Positions 12,501 through 24,293 of a stretch of DNA of 60,000 nucleotides are shown here, in pieces (within the stretch, counting starts at the first letter, position 1; every line of letters begins with the position of its first letter). The notes below the pieces were generated by a model. The model searched no databases and was not told where the DNA came from. It saw nothing but the letters and a program-made list of their open reading frames with translations. Source of the DNA: Callorhinchus milii. Lineage: Eukaryota. The DNA lies in NCBI RefSeq assembly GCF_018977255.1, contig NW_024704742.1, positions 17,672,001 to 17,732,000 on the forward strand. The letters run 5' to 3'. The translations under genes were made by a program, and so were the position numbers.

Positions 12501-13929
12501 CCCTTGGTTTTCTCATTCCATTACCAAATGAATCACCTTGGAGCCAGTGCAGCTCCAAGGAGATCTCTCTTACCTCTTTTTCTCTCTCCCAAGAACTAAA
12601 ACTGTAATCTCTATTACAGTGGTTCTCTACATGTTTTGTTTTTGTTTCCAGTATTCCAGTATTCACCTGTATGGGGGGCGGAGGGAGAGGAATTGAAGTC
12701 AAATAAGGAGGGAATGTGAAATGGAGGGATGGATTTGAAGTCAAACCACACCAACAATTGAATATCAATTGAATTGAATATACTGTATATATTGGAAGAT
12801 AAGGTTCTTCTTTTTAAGAAGGCCTGTCAGACTTCGAACAATGGACTACTAGTTGAGAGGAGGTCGAAAGGGACAACTGGCACTATATAGCCAACAATAA
12901 TAAATAAAATACCACAAGGAAAAAGATGTATCAAACCCATTCCTGAGTGCGTGAGGGAGATGAGCCTGTAATCTGAACACAAGGATGACGCCTTCTAATG
13001 AATTTAGAAACAACTTTAATGTTTTTCATTTTTTTTATTCTAGCAATTTGGAGATGCAACACTTTGTATCTTGGCACTAATGTTGACATTAAGCACTCAG
13101 TATCAGGCTAGAATAAGCTATTGCAGATTAAAGATCCGTTTGTTCTTCCTCAACAATATGGCTTAATTTCCTGACTGGGTACCATTTCTAAATGCCATGT
13201 GATCCACTTTCCACTCTAAATTCGATTGACAGGTTGATACTTAATAACTCGCCCGCTCCAGGGACTGAGTGAGATTGTCTAATTAATAGCAGTATTCGAT
13301 AAGGTGGATATTGATGGGCTGTTTCCACTTGTTGGTGAGTCCAAAACAAGACAAATATAACAACAACAACTTGTATTTATATAGTGCTCTTCACTTGGGT
13401 TAACGTCCCGAAGCACTTCACAGTGGCGGAGTCTGACACCAAGCCAGGGGCAGAGGGAAGCGGGAGGTGACCGTAAGCATGATCTAAAAGAAAGTGAATT
13501 GAAATACAGTCAGCGTAAATGTTATACAGTACAATAACATTTACATTTATATAACGTCTTTCACGTCAGGAGAACTTCGAAAGTGCAAAGATAGTACAGA
13601 TAGAATAACACATTGGGGCTTGAGTACACAGTGTAGACTTACAATCCAGTGCAGTCAGTACTGCATTGGTGGAGATTGACCTTAGGCTGAGAGATTAAAC
13701 CGAGGGCCCATCTGTTTGTACAGATGAAGATCAAAGATCCCATGACACTGCTTAAAGAGAAGGGACTTTCTCCCAGTATCCTGGCCAACAGTCCTTCAAG
13801 TGAATTTGTCATGCACCTCATGGCTCTGTGAGGGGATTGACTGCCAAGTTTGCCTACAAAAAATCACAATATGTGACAGTAGTAACTGTGAAGTGCTTTG
13901 GGACATTTTGACATTATTTTAAATGATCA

Positions 13930-14360
13930 TTGTCAGCCAGGCTCAGTGGTAGTATTCTTGCCCGAGTCAGATGTTTGGGGGTTCAAGACTCACGTCTGGA
14001 TTTGGAATTATAAATAGCCTAAACTGACATTCCAATGCAGTGTTGACAGTGTGTTGCTTTTTTGGACATGCTATCCTTTGGATGAGACGTTAAACCTGTT
14101 CAGGTGGATGTTAAAGATCCCATGACACTGTTTGAAAAGAGAAAGGAGTTTCTCATGGTGCCCTGGCCAATAAATCTCCCAAATAAAATTAGCCACTCAC
14201 TCCATGGCTGTTGTGGGACATTGTTGTGCATGAATTGTCTGCTGTGTTTCGCCCACAAAGCAAACACCTATGCACTTTACATATATCCTGTGAAGTGCTT
14301 TGAGGCGTCTCGGTGACGTGATAAGGTGTTACATCAAATGCAAAGATTATTATTATATTA
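13930..14360 (+). mobile_element. Older Deu-SINE, family B (SacSINE1/AmnSINE1-like); a partial tandem copy lies at ~13610-13915
   Basis: Reads ggctcagtggtagtattcttgcc..gggttcaag head; gatgagacgttaaac..caggtggatgttaaagatcccatgacact; Deu segment; L2-like tail. Confidence 0.82.
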
Positions 14361-14789
14361 TTGTTATTGGCCTTAAAATGTTCCTTATTATTTCTAATGC
14401 ATATAAAGTCTCTTTTTTTCCCCTTATTTTGAATTTAATTTTAGACCCAAAACTTTATTTAATTGATGCTCATTGTGATTAATGGAGTCATGCGCAGTTG
14501 GGGCTTTCTTTGTATGCTCAAATTTTTTTTACAGTCATCATTGTCTTATGTGGAAAAGTCATCCACTACATTCCACCAGATAAAAATAAAATAAGATGAA
14601 AGGAGTTTGCATCTGAAATATTGGGGGAGGAGTGCTGCATACTGAGGCTCGGTAGTGGAATCTAACATCAGTGCCTGAGACAGAGTTTAAAAAAGGGCTC
14701 TAATCAAAAGCCAGTCATTAATTGTTCAAACATTCTAGCCCATTTGTTGGTTTAGCAATGCATTCCAAAGTAAGGCTGAGTGATGAATT

Positions 14790-15207
14790 AATAATAATAA
14801 TAACACTTGCATTTGATATAGTACCTTTCATGACAAGAGGATGTCTCAAAAGCTCTTTGCAGGATTCACTGTAAAGTGCATTGACTGTGGCTTGTAGGTA
14901 AACAGCTCATTTGCACATAGCAACATCCCACAAACAGCCATGAAGTGATTGATCAGCTTTATTTAGGGATTGTTGACCAGGATACCGGAACTTTTTTTAA
15001 AAAATGGTGCAACGTGATGTTTCACATCCACTTGAAAAGGCACACAGTTTAATGTCTCAGCTGAAGGTCAGGACCTCCAGCCACGCTTTGCAGTCCTAGC
15101 ACTGCAATGAAGCATCAGCCTGTGTGAATTCAAATTCCAGATTGAGACTTGAATCCATAACTTTCGGACTTGGAGGCAAGAATGCTACCAACTGAGCCAG
15201 GTTGACA
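14790..15207 (-). mobile_element. Deu-SINE family B copy
   Basis: Reverse complement of the 13930-14360 structure, including head and (ATT)n tail. Confidence 0.8.
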
Positions 15208-17718
15208 CACGCAGACACATGTTGTATGGAATATATAAAGACTTGGAGATTTCAAGATTTTAAATGCTTGGCTGGTAAAGTTATCAGAGAATAAAGAAAA
15301 GGCAATATATTGAATAACTCAATATATTGTACCAATTTCACATATTTGGAATCGTGCCATGAAGAAGGCATCATAGGGCGATAAACAGAGCATTTTATAT
15401 CAGCCATTGGTGATAATTATCAAGTTTATAAAAATGGTGGTAAAGTCAGTTAGTCACAGAAAGCTCTCCATCTCTTCCCTCTCCCATTCCCCCCATCCTT
15501 TTATTCGCCCACAAAATATACACAGCCACATCATTTCAGAGTAAATTCTATGAAGTGTTTTGAGACATCTCAATGATGTGATAGGCTCTATATTAATTGT
15601 AAGGTTTCATCTTATTATTATCCTGCACCTGCTGTAAAGTGGTTTGTCCCAAAGCCACCTGAAGCTTTCTGGAGCTGTCATTGGTACCTCCCATGGAGCG
15701 CAGCATTTTAATGCGACTTGAAGATATACCAGCTTTATATTTTAAACTTGCCTTTTATGGCAGTGACTTCAAGTTTGCATTTGCATGTATGTGCAGGGCA
15801 TATGAATTACAGAGGCCATCGTCCCATTTCTCTCCCACCCCCCTCCCCCACCACAAACTTTACAATGTCCTTGAAGTATCTTGTTAACAACAACAAATTA
15901 CATTTGTATAGCTCCTTCCACCACGGGAGGACGTCTTAAGGTGCTGGACAATCAGGGTTATTTGGACCTGAGCAGTGGTCTGTGATCAGGAGGGGTGGAG
16001 GGCAGGTGGGTCCTTTGGAAGGGTGGCCAAAGGACTTAAGCGTCCTGAAGACGTCTATTTTGAACGTTGTATGTTATAAGAGGAGATTGAATTCCAAATC
16101 TTCCATCAAAATAAAATGAACACATGATGCGGTCTGTCTGAATCAATAATCAGAGCAGGTTGCAAAGCGACCCAATCAGGTTCACTGTCCAGCAGAGCTG
16201 ATTGCAATGTAACAACCTCACTGCACGAATCTTCGTTGTGGTCTGAGAAGGTGGTTTTCCAATCACTCGTAAATTTACTGACCTTGTGGCATGAGCATCG
16301 AAAGCGATTTTCCCATTTGATACTCGTGCCTCCAAGGTAGGTATGTTTCTTGCCAACAGAGAATCGGTCACAGGTATTATGTGCTTTGCTGGATAGGATT
16401 GTATTGGACTCTTAATTCCTACATTTATCTGATCCAACAGAATTATTTCATGGGTGGTGGGAGCAAGGGCACTATGTGGGGTGTGCTAGTGCCTGCAATC
16501 TTTGTTACCCATGTTGAATATGGGATAGCTAGATGTGTTCCCAACTTTAGCCTTAATTGAAACTCACTGTGCATCTAGGTGGCTTCTATTACAAGAACAT
16601 AAGAAAACAGGAGGAGGTGAAGACCATTCAGCCCATCAAGCCTGTTCCACCAGTTTATTAAGATCTTGTCATATCTTTTAATCCCAATGCTCCACCTCTT
16701 TCAACATACTTAACACCCCCACTGCCCAGTACTGTATTTGTCTATGTCTCATTTAAACATCCCTATTGATTCTGCCTGTACCCATAGACGGCGGGTGGAT
16801 AGTACTCAAAAAAGAGGGCTCAACCTCCCCCCCCCGGCACCAAAACCAATCTACAACTCATATGAAGGGGAAGTGAGCAATAGAAAATGGTTATTTCCCC
16901 CTCCCTCCTCCTGAGCATGCAGGCTTTGTGCCAGCTTAAAAAATGGCCATCCCCTGCCCTCCTCACCACCACAGACTCCGACGGACCTTTATCCTTCCTG
17001 TGATAAATTTACTGTATTTTGGTGGCAAACTGACATTGTTCTTTTGTGACGAGTAATTATGTTGGTGTGTTTGGTATTTAGCAGTGTGATTTATGTAAGT
17101 TGTTACATTTAAGCAGATGCTCAGAGAACTTTAGAGAATCAGTTGTTTTTCACCGACAGAGGTAGCTCAGCTTCCTCCAAACAGTTCATAGAAACCGTTA
17201 CTGCAAACCAGTACCACGCTAGCTTCGGCAAATTCGATTTCTCTTTGGACGGGTGATCTTGGCACTAACCTTACCACCATTGACACTCTTTTTGACAGCC
17301 TGCTAGTTTTGTTCATAATGAGAAACTGTTTTCATCTGCTGAATAACCTCTATCCATCCTTAGTTACAAGTCCTAGGATTGGGCAACCCAAATGTGCTGT
17401 ATCTTATATATATATATATAAGAATATGAGTGTTTCATTCACATTATAAAACACCTTATTTTCAGGGTATAGTGCTTTTGCTCTCTTAATCTCTTCTATT
17501 TTCTTTAACTGTCAACATCAAACTTTTACGGAAATTTGAAGTTGACATTGATTGCCACATGTTAGGAATAAAGCTGATATTTTCATTTTTATTAAGATGA
17601 CATCAATTACTGCTTTGATTGGCATCTTGAATTGTTGTTTATGATGGATTACCATTGTCATTTGCATCAAGTAGAAAATATGTTTTTGTTATAAAGAAAA
17701 TTGGTTTTACTTTTTAGA

Positions 17719-18010
17719 CAAATATAATTAGGGTCTCATTTTGGAATATTCCCATACAGCCTTTTCCTTGACTTTCCCCCACTTCCTGTTTTTGATGCCA
17801 GTTGTAATATGCAACATTACATTTATCAATATACATACAATTGATCATTCACTCCATGGCTGTTTGTGGGACACTGCTGAGTGCAATGGGCTGCCGCATT
17901 TCACCGACAAAATATACGTCAATCTACTTTATACTATATCCTGTGAAGAGCTTTGAGACAACTCAACGATGTAATAAAGCACTATATCAAATGCAAGGAT
18001 TATTATTATT
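17719..18010 (+). mobile_element. Deu-domain SINE-like element, family C, with an unrecognised non-tRNA 5' head
   Basis: Head caaatataattagggtctcattttggaatattcccata...cttcctgtttttg, then Deu segment and (ATT)n tail. Second copy at 31921-32198 (-). Confidence 0.8.
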
Positions 18011-18407
18011 ATCATCATCAGCAATGGGCCAGTTTTCTCTCTATATCAGTGCTTTTCTCTTAACCTGATTACACCCAATTACAACCTAATTACACTCATC
18101 TTCATTCTCACCTACTGACTAATTAGAATTGGGTCCTACCTAGATCTGACATTTAGAGATTTTCAAAGGAGACTTTCCCTTTAAGAAAATTATTTTGCCT
18201 GTGTTTTGGAATCATCCTTTCCCAATTATTGAAGTTTAGTTGCTTTTATTGGGTATATTTCTTTTGCTGTTTGTTGGGCCAATGCGGAAGGAATCATATA
18301 AGAATGAAGTGTGCCATTAGGAAGGATAAGTCAAGCCAATATTCCCTGCTTGAATTCTTCACTTCCTACACCTTCCATCCCACCATTGATGGCCGAGCCT
18401 TAAGCCC

Positions 18408-18735
18408 TATAATAATAATTCTTGCATTTGATATAGCACTTTTCACGTCTTTTAGACGCTTCAAAGCGCTTCACAAAATATGCTGTAAAATGAGTTAACT
18501 GTATATTTGTGGGCAAAATGAGGCAGCCAATTGCACACAGCAGTGTCCCACAAATAGTCGTGGATCAAATGACCAAATTATTGCAATCCACCAATCGACT
18601 AACAACCGATTCCTACTTACCGCTAGCAAACAGATGTGTGGCGTAAGGAAACTTGCCCAACGTTTCGCCCTGCCGGGAATAGAACCCAGGTCTCTCGCTT
18701 GCGAGGCGAGTGCTCTAAGCACTGAGCTACAGGAC
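18408..18735 (-). mobile_element. SINE family A copy
   Basis: Full head (tagctcagtgcttagagc...ggttctattccc), body, Deu segment and (ATT)n tail. Confidence 0.88.
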
Positions 18736-19716
18736 AGCACTATTCACCCGCTCTCTGAAACTCGCTCCCGAAATCGCTTCACCTTGTTCCCTTTCTCCCT
18801 GCCCTCAAACTGCTCTTAAAATCTGTCTCCTTGACCATGCATTTGATCAACATCCCCAAATTCTTTTTCCTCTCCTCCCTGCTTGGTGTTTCCTATTGTT
18901 TCGTGAAGGATTTGCTGATGGTCCAACTAATTAAGTGGCGCGATATAAGTGCAAGTTATTGTTGATTTGCACTTCTCATCAGCAAGTAAAAGATCAACAT
19001 CAGTGGTATCTAAGGAGAAGTACCCCAGCCCACCCCCGGTTACAATGCAGAGTGAAAGGGAAACTCATGTTGGAAAATTTGGAACTAAAAAAAAACACGC
19101 AGTAAGAATTCATAATCCCCAATGCAATCATCAGCATCAAATTCAGACTGAACCTTCATAATCCACATTGAATATCGAGTGAGAGTATTGCTTTCTCCCC
19201 TCATCAGGCTGAAGCTGAACAAACAGATTGTAATTGGTAGCTGTGCAGGAGGTGCCAAAACACATTAATTTAAGATTAATTAAATTTCCAACCACATATT
19301 AGGCTGTTTTCATATTTTGTCCAGACTGAAGCCCTCTGAGAGAATGCTGCAAATGAATTGATGGATTAATGTGGATTTCAGTATATAAAAATGGTCCCTT
19401 TGAGCTCAGTGGTAAATTGCACTTTTGACAATATGCTGCTTTACTTGCAATAAATTGTTGGGTAGCTGTTATAGAATTAGTATTCTGTTTGGAACATTGT
19501 GCTATTACAGAGCAGTAAGTCATTTGTCTGTAAAGGTTAATACAATAGGTGATGTTCTTCAGTGCACACTTTACACTGAGTAACCTGTGCACTGAAGAAC
19601 GAGCATTTCTACCCTCTGAAGGTTGCCCCCTAACTTATAAACTATGGAGAAGAAGGACGTTTGATCAATATCAGCAATGTGGTCTCACAAACCTGTTTTT
19701 CTCAAGAAACCTGCAT

Positions 19717-19900
19717 TAAGCAGACAGATACAGTAAGCTGACCAATAAAATAAGCAGACACGTACAGTAAGCAAATGCGTACAGTAAGCAGACGTGCACA
19801 GTAAGCAGACATATACAGTAAGCACACATGTACAGTAAGCAGACACATACAGATAGCAGACACATACAGATATTTACAGTAAGCAAAGAATGCAGTAAGA
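19717..19900 (+). repeat. 17-bp minisatellite (consensus tacagtaagcagacaca), about 10 degenerate units
   Basis: cagtaag recurs at ~19731, 19765, 19782, 19799, 19816, 19833, 19877 and 19893. Confidence 0.9.
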
Positions 19901-20279
19901 ACACTGAAGAGGAAATTTAAAGAACACTGAGATTTCTGTAAAATAATTTGTGATAATTTAGATGAAACTGTAGAATGTTAGAAATTTAAAGCACAGAAGA
20001 GGGCCATTCAGCCCATTGTGTAATGCTGGGTTTTCAAGAGCAATTCTTTTAGTTCCATTTATCTGCCCTTTCCTCATATCTATGTATCATATTCCTTTTA
20101 AGGTATTTATCTAGTCTACTTGTGAAAGCTAATGTGGATTCTGGCTCACCCACCACTTCAGGTAGCGCATTTCATATCCTAAATACTCTGTCTGAAAAAA
20201 TGTCTCTCAACCACCCCATTTGCTCATTTGTTAGCTATCTTAAATTGATGCCCTCTGGTCACTGACCAGATACTGGAGA

Positions 20280-20652
20280 AATAATTGCACTTGATGTAGC
20301 ACCTTATCACCTCATTGAGACGTCTCAAAGCGCTTCACAGAATATACTCTAAAGTGAATTGACTGTATATTTTGAGGGCGAAACGAAGCAACGAATAGCA
20401 CACTGCAGCGTCCAACAAGCAGTGTAGATGTAGTGACCAAATTATTTATTCATTTATTTATTTGTTTATTTTGGGAGGGATTTTTACCTCCAGAAAGCAA
20501 TCCACCAATTGACTAACAACCGGGTTTGTTCTTACTGCTGGATAAATAGAGGCATGTGGAGTAAGGAAACTTGCCAAAGGTTTTGCCTATCCAGGATTCG
20601 AACCCAGGTCCTCTTGCTAGTGAGGCAAGTTCTCTAACCAATACCAGGACTC
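20280..20652 (-). mobile_element. SINE family A copy
   Basis: Same head, body and tail order; B box ggttcgaatcc. Confidence 0.85.
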
Positions 20653-20896
20653 CTGAAATGGGGTGGAGGTGAATTACCCCCAGTGGATTTTATCACATAG
20701 ATAGAGTCCATCAATTAATTTAAAAGAAAATTAGTTAGGTGAATGAAAAAGTGTATGAGCTGCAAGCAAGTAGAGAAACAACACATGCTTAAACATGATG
20801 GGCCGAATGACCTGTTTCTGTGCTGTAAACGTTCTATAGGCCCAAACTTCTACCTCATCATAACCTGTTAAGACCCTTTTGTTTTAAAATTTATTA

Positions 20897-21258
20897 GTAA
20901 TAATAATAATCCTTGCAATTGATATAGCGTCTTATCACATCTTTGAGACAACTCAGAGTGCTTCACAGAATATACTGTCAAGTGAATTGACTGTATTACT
21001 TTGTGGACGAACGGGGCAGCCAATGGCGGACAGCAGTGTCCTACAAACAGTCGTGGTTTGAGTGACCAAATTATTATTTTATTTTTAAAATTTATTTTGG
21101 AGGGATTATTACTCCTGGAAAAGCAATCCGCAAATCAACTAACAACCGGGTTCCTATTTACTGCTCGGTAAACAGAGGCGTGTGGAGTAAGGAAACTTGC
21201 CTAAGGCTTTGTCCTGCCTGGGAATCGAACCCAGGTCCCTCACTCGCGAGGTGTGTGC
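20897..21258 (-). mobile_element. SINE family A copy, head truncated at the junction with L2
   Basis: (ATT)n tail, Deu segment, body and B box ggttcgattccc. Breaks at ~21258 where the L2 begins. Confidence 0.87.
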
Positions 21259-21259
21259 A

Positions 21260-22440
21260 GACCCATCTCTACTCTCAAACTACCGCCGTATCTCCAATCT
21301 CCCTTTCTTCTCCAAGGTCCTGGAATGAGTTGTTGCTTCTCAGCTTCGCTCCTTCCTCTCCCGCCACTCCCTTCACGAACACCTTCAATCAGATTTCCAT
21401 TCCTCCCACAGCACAGAAACAGCCCTAGTCAAAGTGACAAATGACATTCTGTCCATCTGTGTTCAGTGCCTCCTCGTCCTCCTTGACCTCTCTGCTGCCT
21501 TCAACACCGTTGACCACTTTATCCTTATCAACTGCCTCTCTTCTCACCTCAACCTTCACGGCTCTGTCCTTTACTGGTTCAGATCGTACCTCTCACACCA
21601 CCTCCACTTCATCTCCACAAACGGTTTCTCCTCTAGCCCCGGCACCGTCTTGTGTGGTGTTCCTCAGGGCTCTGTCCTTGGTCCCCTCCTCTTCAATATC
21701 TATATGCTTCCTCTTGGTGACATCATCCGCAGACATGGGGTCAACTTCCACATGTACGTGGATGACACACAACTGTACCTCTCTGCCTCCACGCCGTTGT
21801 CTCACACCGCAGGCCCCCGAAACCTTCATACACGCATTCATAACTTCAAGGATTGACTATGCAAACTCCTTGCTTGTCGGCTTCCCAAACTCCTCCCTCC
21901 ATAGGCTGCAGATCATCCAGAACTCTGCAGCCTGTGTCCTCTTGCGCACCAGGCTCCGTGACCCTATCACCCCCATCCTCGCCCGACACCACTGGCTTCC
22001 CATCACACAGAAGATTCAGTTCAAGACCCTGGTCCTTACCTTCAAAGTCCTCCATTGCCTTGCTCCCCCCTATCTCTGGGACCTCCTAACCCCCTACCAT
22101 CCTGTTCACTCCCTCCGCTGTGCGGGCTACGGCCTGCTTCATGTCCCCCGCCTCGCTTGCTCCACTATTGGCAGGTGGGCCTTCTGCCACTCTGCTCTCA
22201 CCCTCTGGAACTCCATCCCGCAGTCCCTCTGTCTCGCCCCCTGCCCTGCCTAACTTCAAGACCCATCTCAAGTCCCTCCTCTTCGACTGTGTTTTGATCT
22301 CCCTGCTTCCCCCCCTGCCCTCCACCTTCCCCGATCCCGACCCCCAGTTCAGGTCCAAAACTCTGTCTGTCCAATGCCTTGGAACGTCCTCCCGACGTGA
22401 AAGGCGCTATACAAATTTAATTTTGTTGTTGTTGTTGTTG
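21260..22440 (+). mobile_element. L2 LINE fragment with internal deletions and (TTG)n tail
   Basis: ORFs 21434..21856 and 21441..22253 contain [31 protein letters not shown] and HWLPI. Tail reads gtgaaaggcgctatacaaat...ttgttgttg. Confidence 0.92.
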
Positions 22441-23633
22441 ATCGACTGGTTAATGTTCCAATCCTAGCCAATACAAACACACACTCACACACACATGCAC
22501 ACACAGTGCTGTTTCTGATATCCTGTAAGCTTTTTGTCATGGATCAGCATTGCTTCTTTGTTGAATTGTGAGTTCTTGACTTTTCAAGTTTCTCCTAATC
22601 GCATTTGAATGTTGCCATCTCCATTTCTGCCCCTTGCCCGAGGCTCTCCATACCACATTCTTTGTGCCAGCCACTTTGGAAAGCATTCTGATGAGAGTCT
22701 GCTCTTTGTTCCCATAACTGTATTGAGGTCTGTTCTAGCAAGGGCTTCTTTATTTGAGATGTGTCACAGCTTTTCATGATCAGTAATCTTTGGATAAGAC
22801 TGCTGAGCTGCTGTCCTCTGTTTTCCCAACACTCCAGCTTTCTCTTTCATGCAGTAGGGTGTTCAACCTGATATAGTTTATACTCTGTGCCCTGCTTTGA
22901 TGAGGATTTTCTTTCATCTCTTTGTGTTGCTAAGGGGCTTCAAACGTTTCAGCTATCTCCAGCAATACACTAATCCAGCCTGGGTTTAAAGACTCAACCA
23001 CTTTGAAGCAGAGGGGTTGATGTGGTATTTCTTAATGGATTTCTTAATCTGGATATCTAAGACTCTGATCTGCAGGAGGGCTGCTCCAACCCAAATGTAT
23101 TTTTGGTGAATTCCACCAAGTTAGTAAAGAAGCAAATGGGGAGGTTAGGAGAATTTTTTCATACACGCAGAAGTTGGACATGGAATCCCTGACAGCAACG
23201 GTGGTTGAGGCAAAATCCATATTGGCCTTCAAGAGAAAACTAGATAAATACCTTAAAAGGAGTCAGTTATAGGGATACAAGGAAAGGGCAGGTCAATGGG
23301 CTGAAAGGATTGCTCTTGAGGGAGCCAGCACAGACACGATAGGCTGACTGGCTTTCTTCTTTGCTGTAAATCCCCCCTGTTGGATTTCTTAATGAATAAG
23401 TCTGTTAAGAAAAATTAACTTGACAGTGGGTTTATTTGGCCTGAACCACCTTAAACAGCCAAGTCCATTGTCTTGGATGATGTGATAGAAAGATGCGATC
23501 TGCGATGTGATGATTTTGCATTTGATTTAGAGACTTTCATGTTGGGAGGACGTCTCAAAGTGCTTCACAGGATTCTACAGTAGAGCACTATGGGGTGATA
23601 CCCTGCATCAGGGGCATTATATAAGTGCAGAAT

Positions 23634-23794
23634 AAAAACAGAAGTCCCTGGGAACACTCAGCAGGTCAGGCAGCATCTATGGAGAGAGCTCTATGGAGAC
23701 AGCCTCTCTCCATAGATGCTGCCTGACCTGCTGAGTGTTCCCAGCGACTTCTATTTTTTTTCAGATTTCCAGCATCTGCAGTATTTTACCTTTT
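23634..23794. mobile_element. Second copy of the palindromic element with its centre deleted; ~55-bp near-perfect arms (23634-23688 / 23704-23758). A tail-only remnant lies at ~51215-51268
   Basis: Same arm and tail (tcagatttccagcatctgcagtatttt) as the 8705-8939 copy. Confidence 0.8.
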
Positions 23795-24128
23795 GCTATA
23801 TAAATGCAAGTTGTTGATGATGGTGGTGACTATGTAAGTGAAAAGTTGTGGTTGAACAAGTTGATAATTGGCTGAGGGTCTGTACACCTGAAACCCATTC
23901 CTCTGACTTTTGCTCAATAGTTGGGATGTTTTACAAGTTGAAGACATTGCCTTGTGTGCCACTGCCTTAACTCAATTTGAGAAGTGGCATTGCCTGTTTG
24001 AGGTCACGGTTTAATTACAATTTAATTCTCCTGGCTCACTGTTGAATTCCTTCTGTATTTATGTCCATCCATCCTTACACTGCTGCCTCTGAATAAAAAG
24101 GGTCTATTTTCCTCTTGATTTCTTGTAG

Positions 24129-24293
24129 ATAATCCTGGTCAGCTCTTCGATGAACGATCGCGATCAAAGCCTCTTTATTAGCACAGACGAAGGTGCCATC
24201 TTTCAGAAGCAGCAGATCTCCTTCTCTGTGGAAACGCTGGTCTTTCACCCCAAAGAAGAGGATAAGGTGCTTGCATACTGCAGGGAGCAGCGA
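24129..24293 (+). CDS. SORCS2: SORCS2 coding exon (~exon 4), 165 nt, phase 0-0: IILVSSSMNDRDQSLFISTDEGAIFQKQQISFSVETLVFHPKEEDKVLAYCREQR
   Basis: Acceptor tttcttgtag|ATA and donor CGA|gtaagt. Contains Asp-box STDEGAIF. Overlaps ORF 24150..24344. Confidence 0.95.

Noticed and set aside
16150..16437. 95-aa minus-strand ORF in non-repeat-looking DNA
   Set aside because: No recognisable motif and no splice or start context.
17100..17370. Possible hAT transposase C-terminal remnant on the minus strand (NLPKLAWYWFAVTVS...)
   Set aside because: The resemblance is too weak, there are stops nearby, and the ERxFS motif is absent. It needs a tblastn/HMM search.
18655..18735. tRNA gene (A and B boxes on the minus strand)
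   Set aside because: It is the tRNA-derived head of a SINE, continuous with the SINE body, and has no proper acceptor stem or terminator. The same applies to the other family A heads.
1..24128. Upstream SORCS2 exon 3 (expected about SSDFGTxYTKL...FYICPTNKRK)
   Set aside because: No matching exon found by eye. The region appears to be one long intron, though I could have missed a small or diverged exon.
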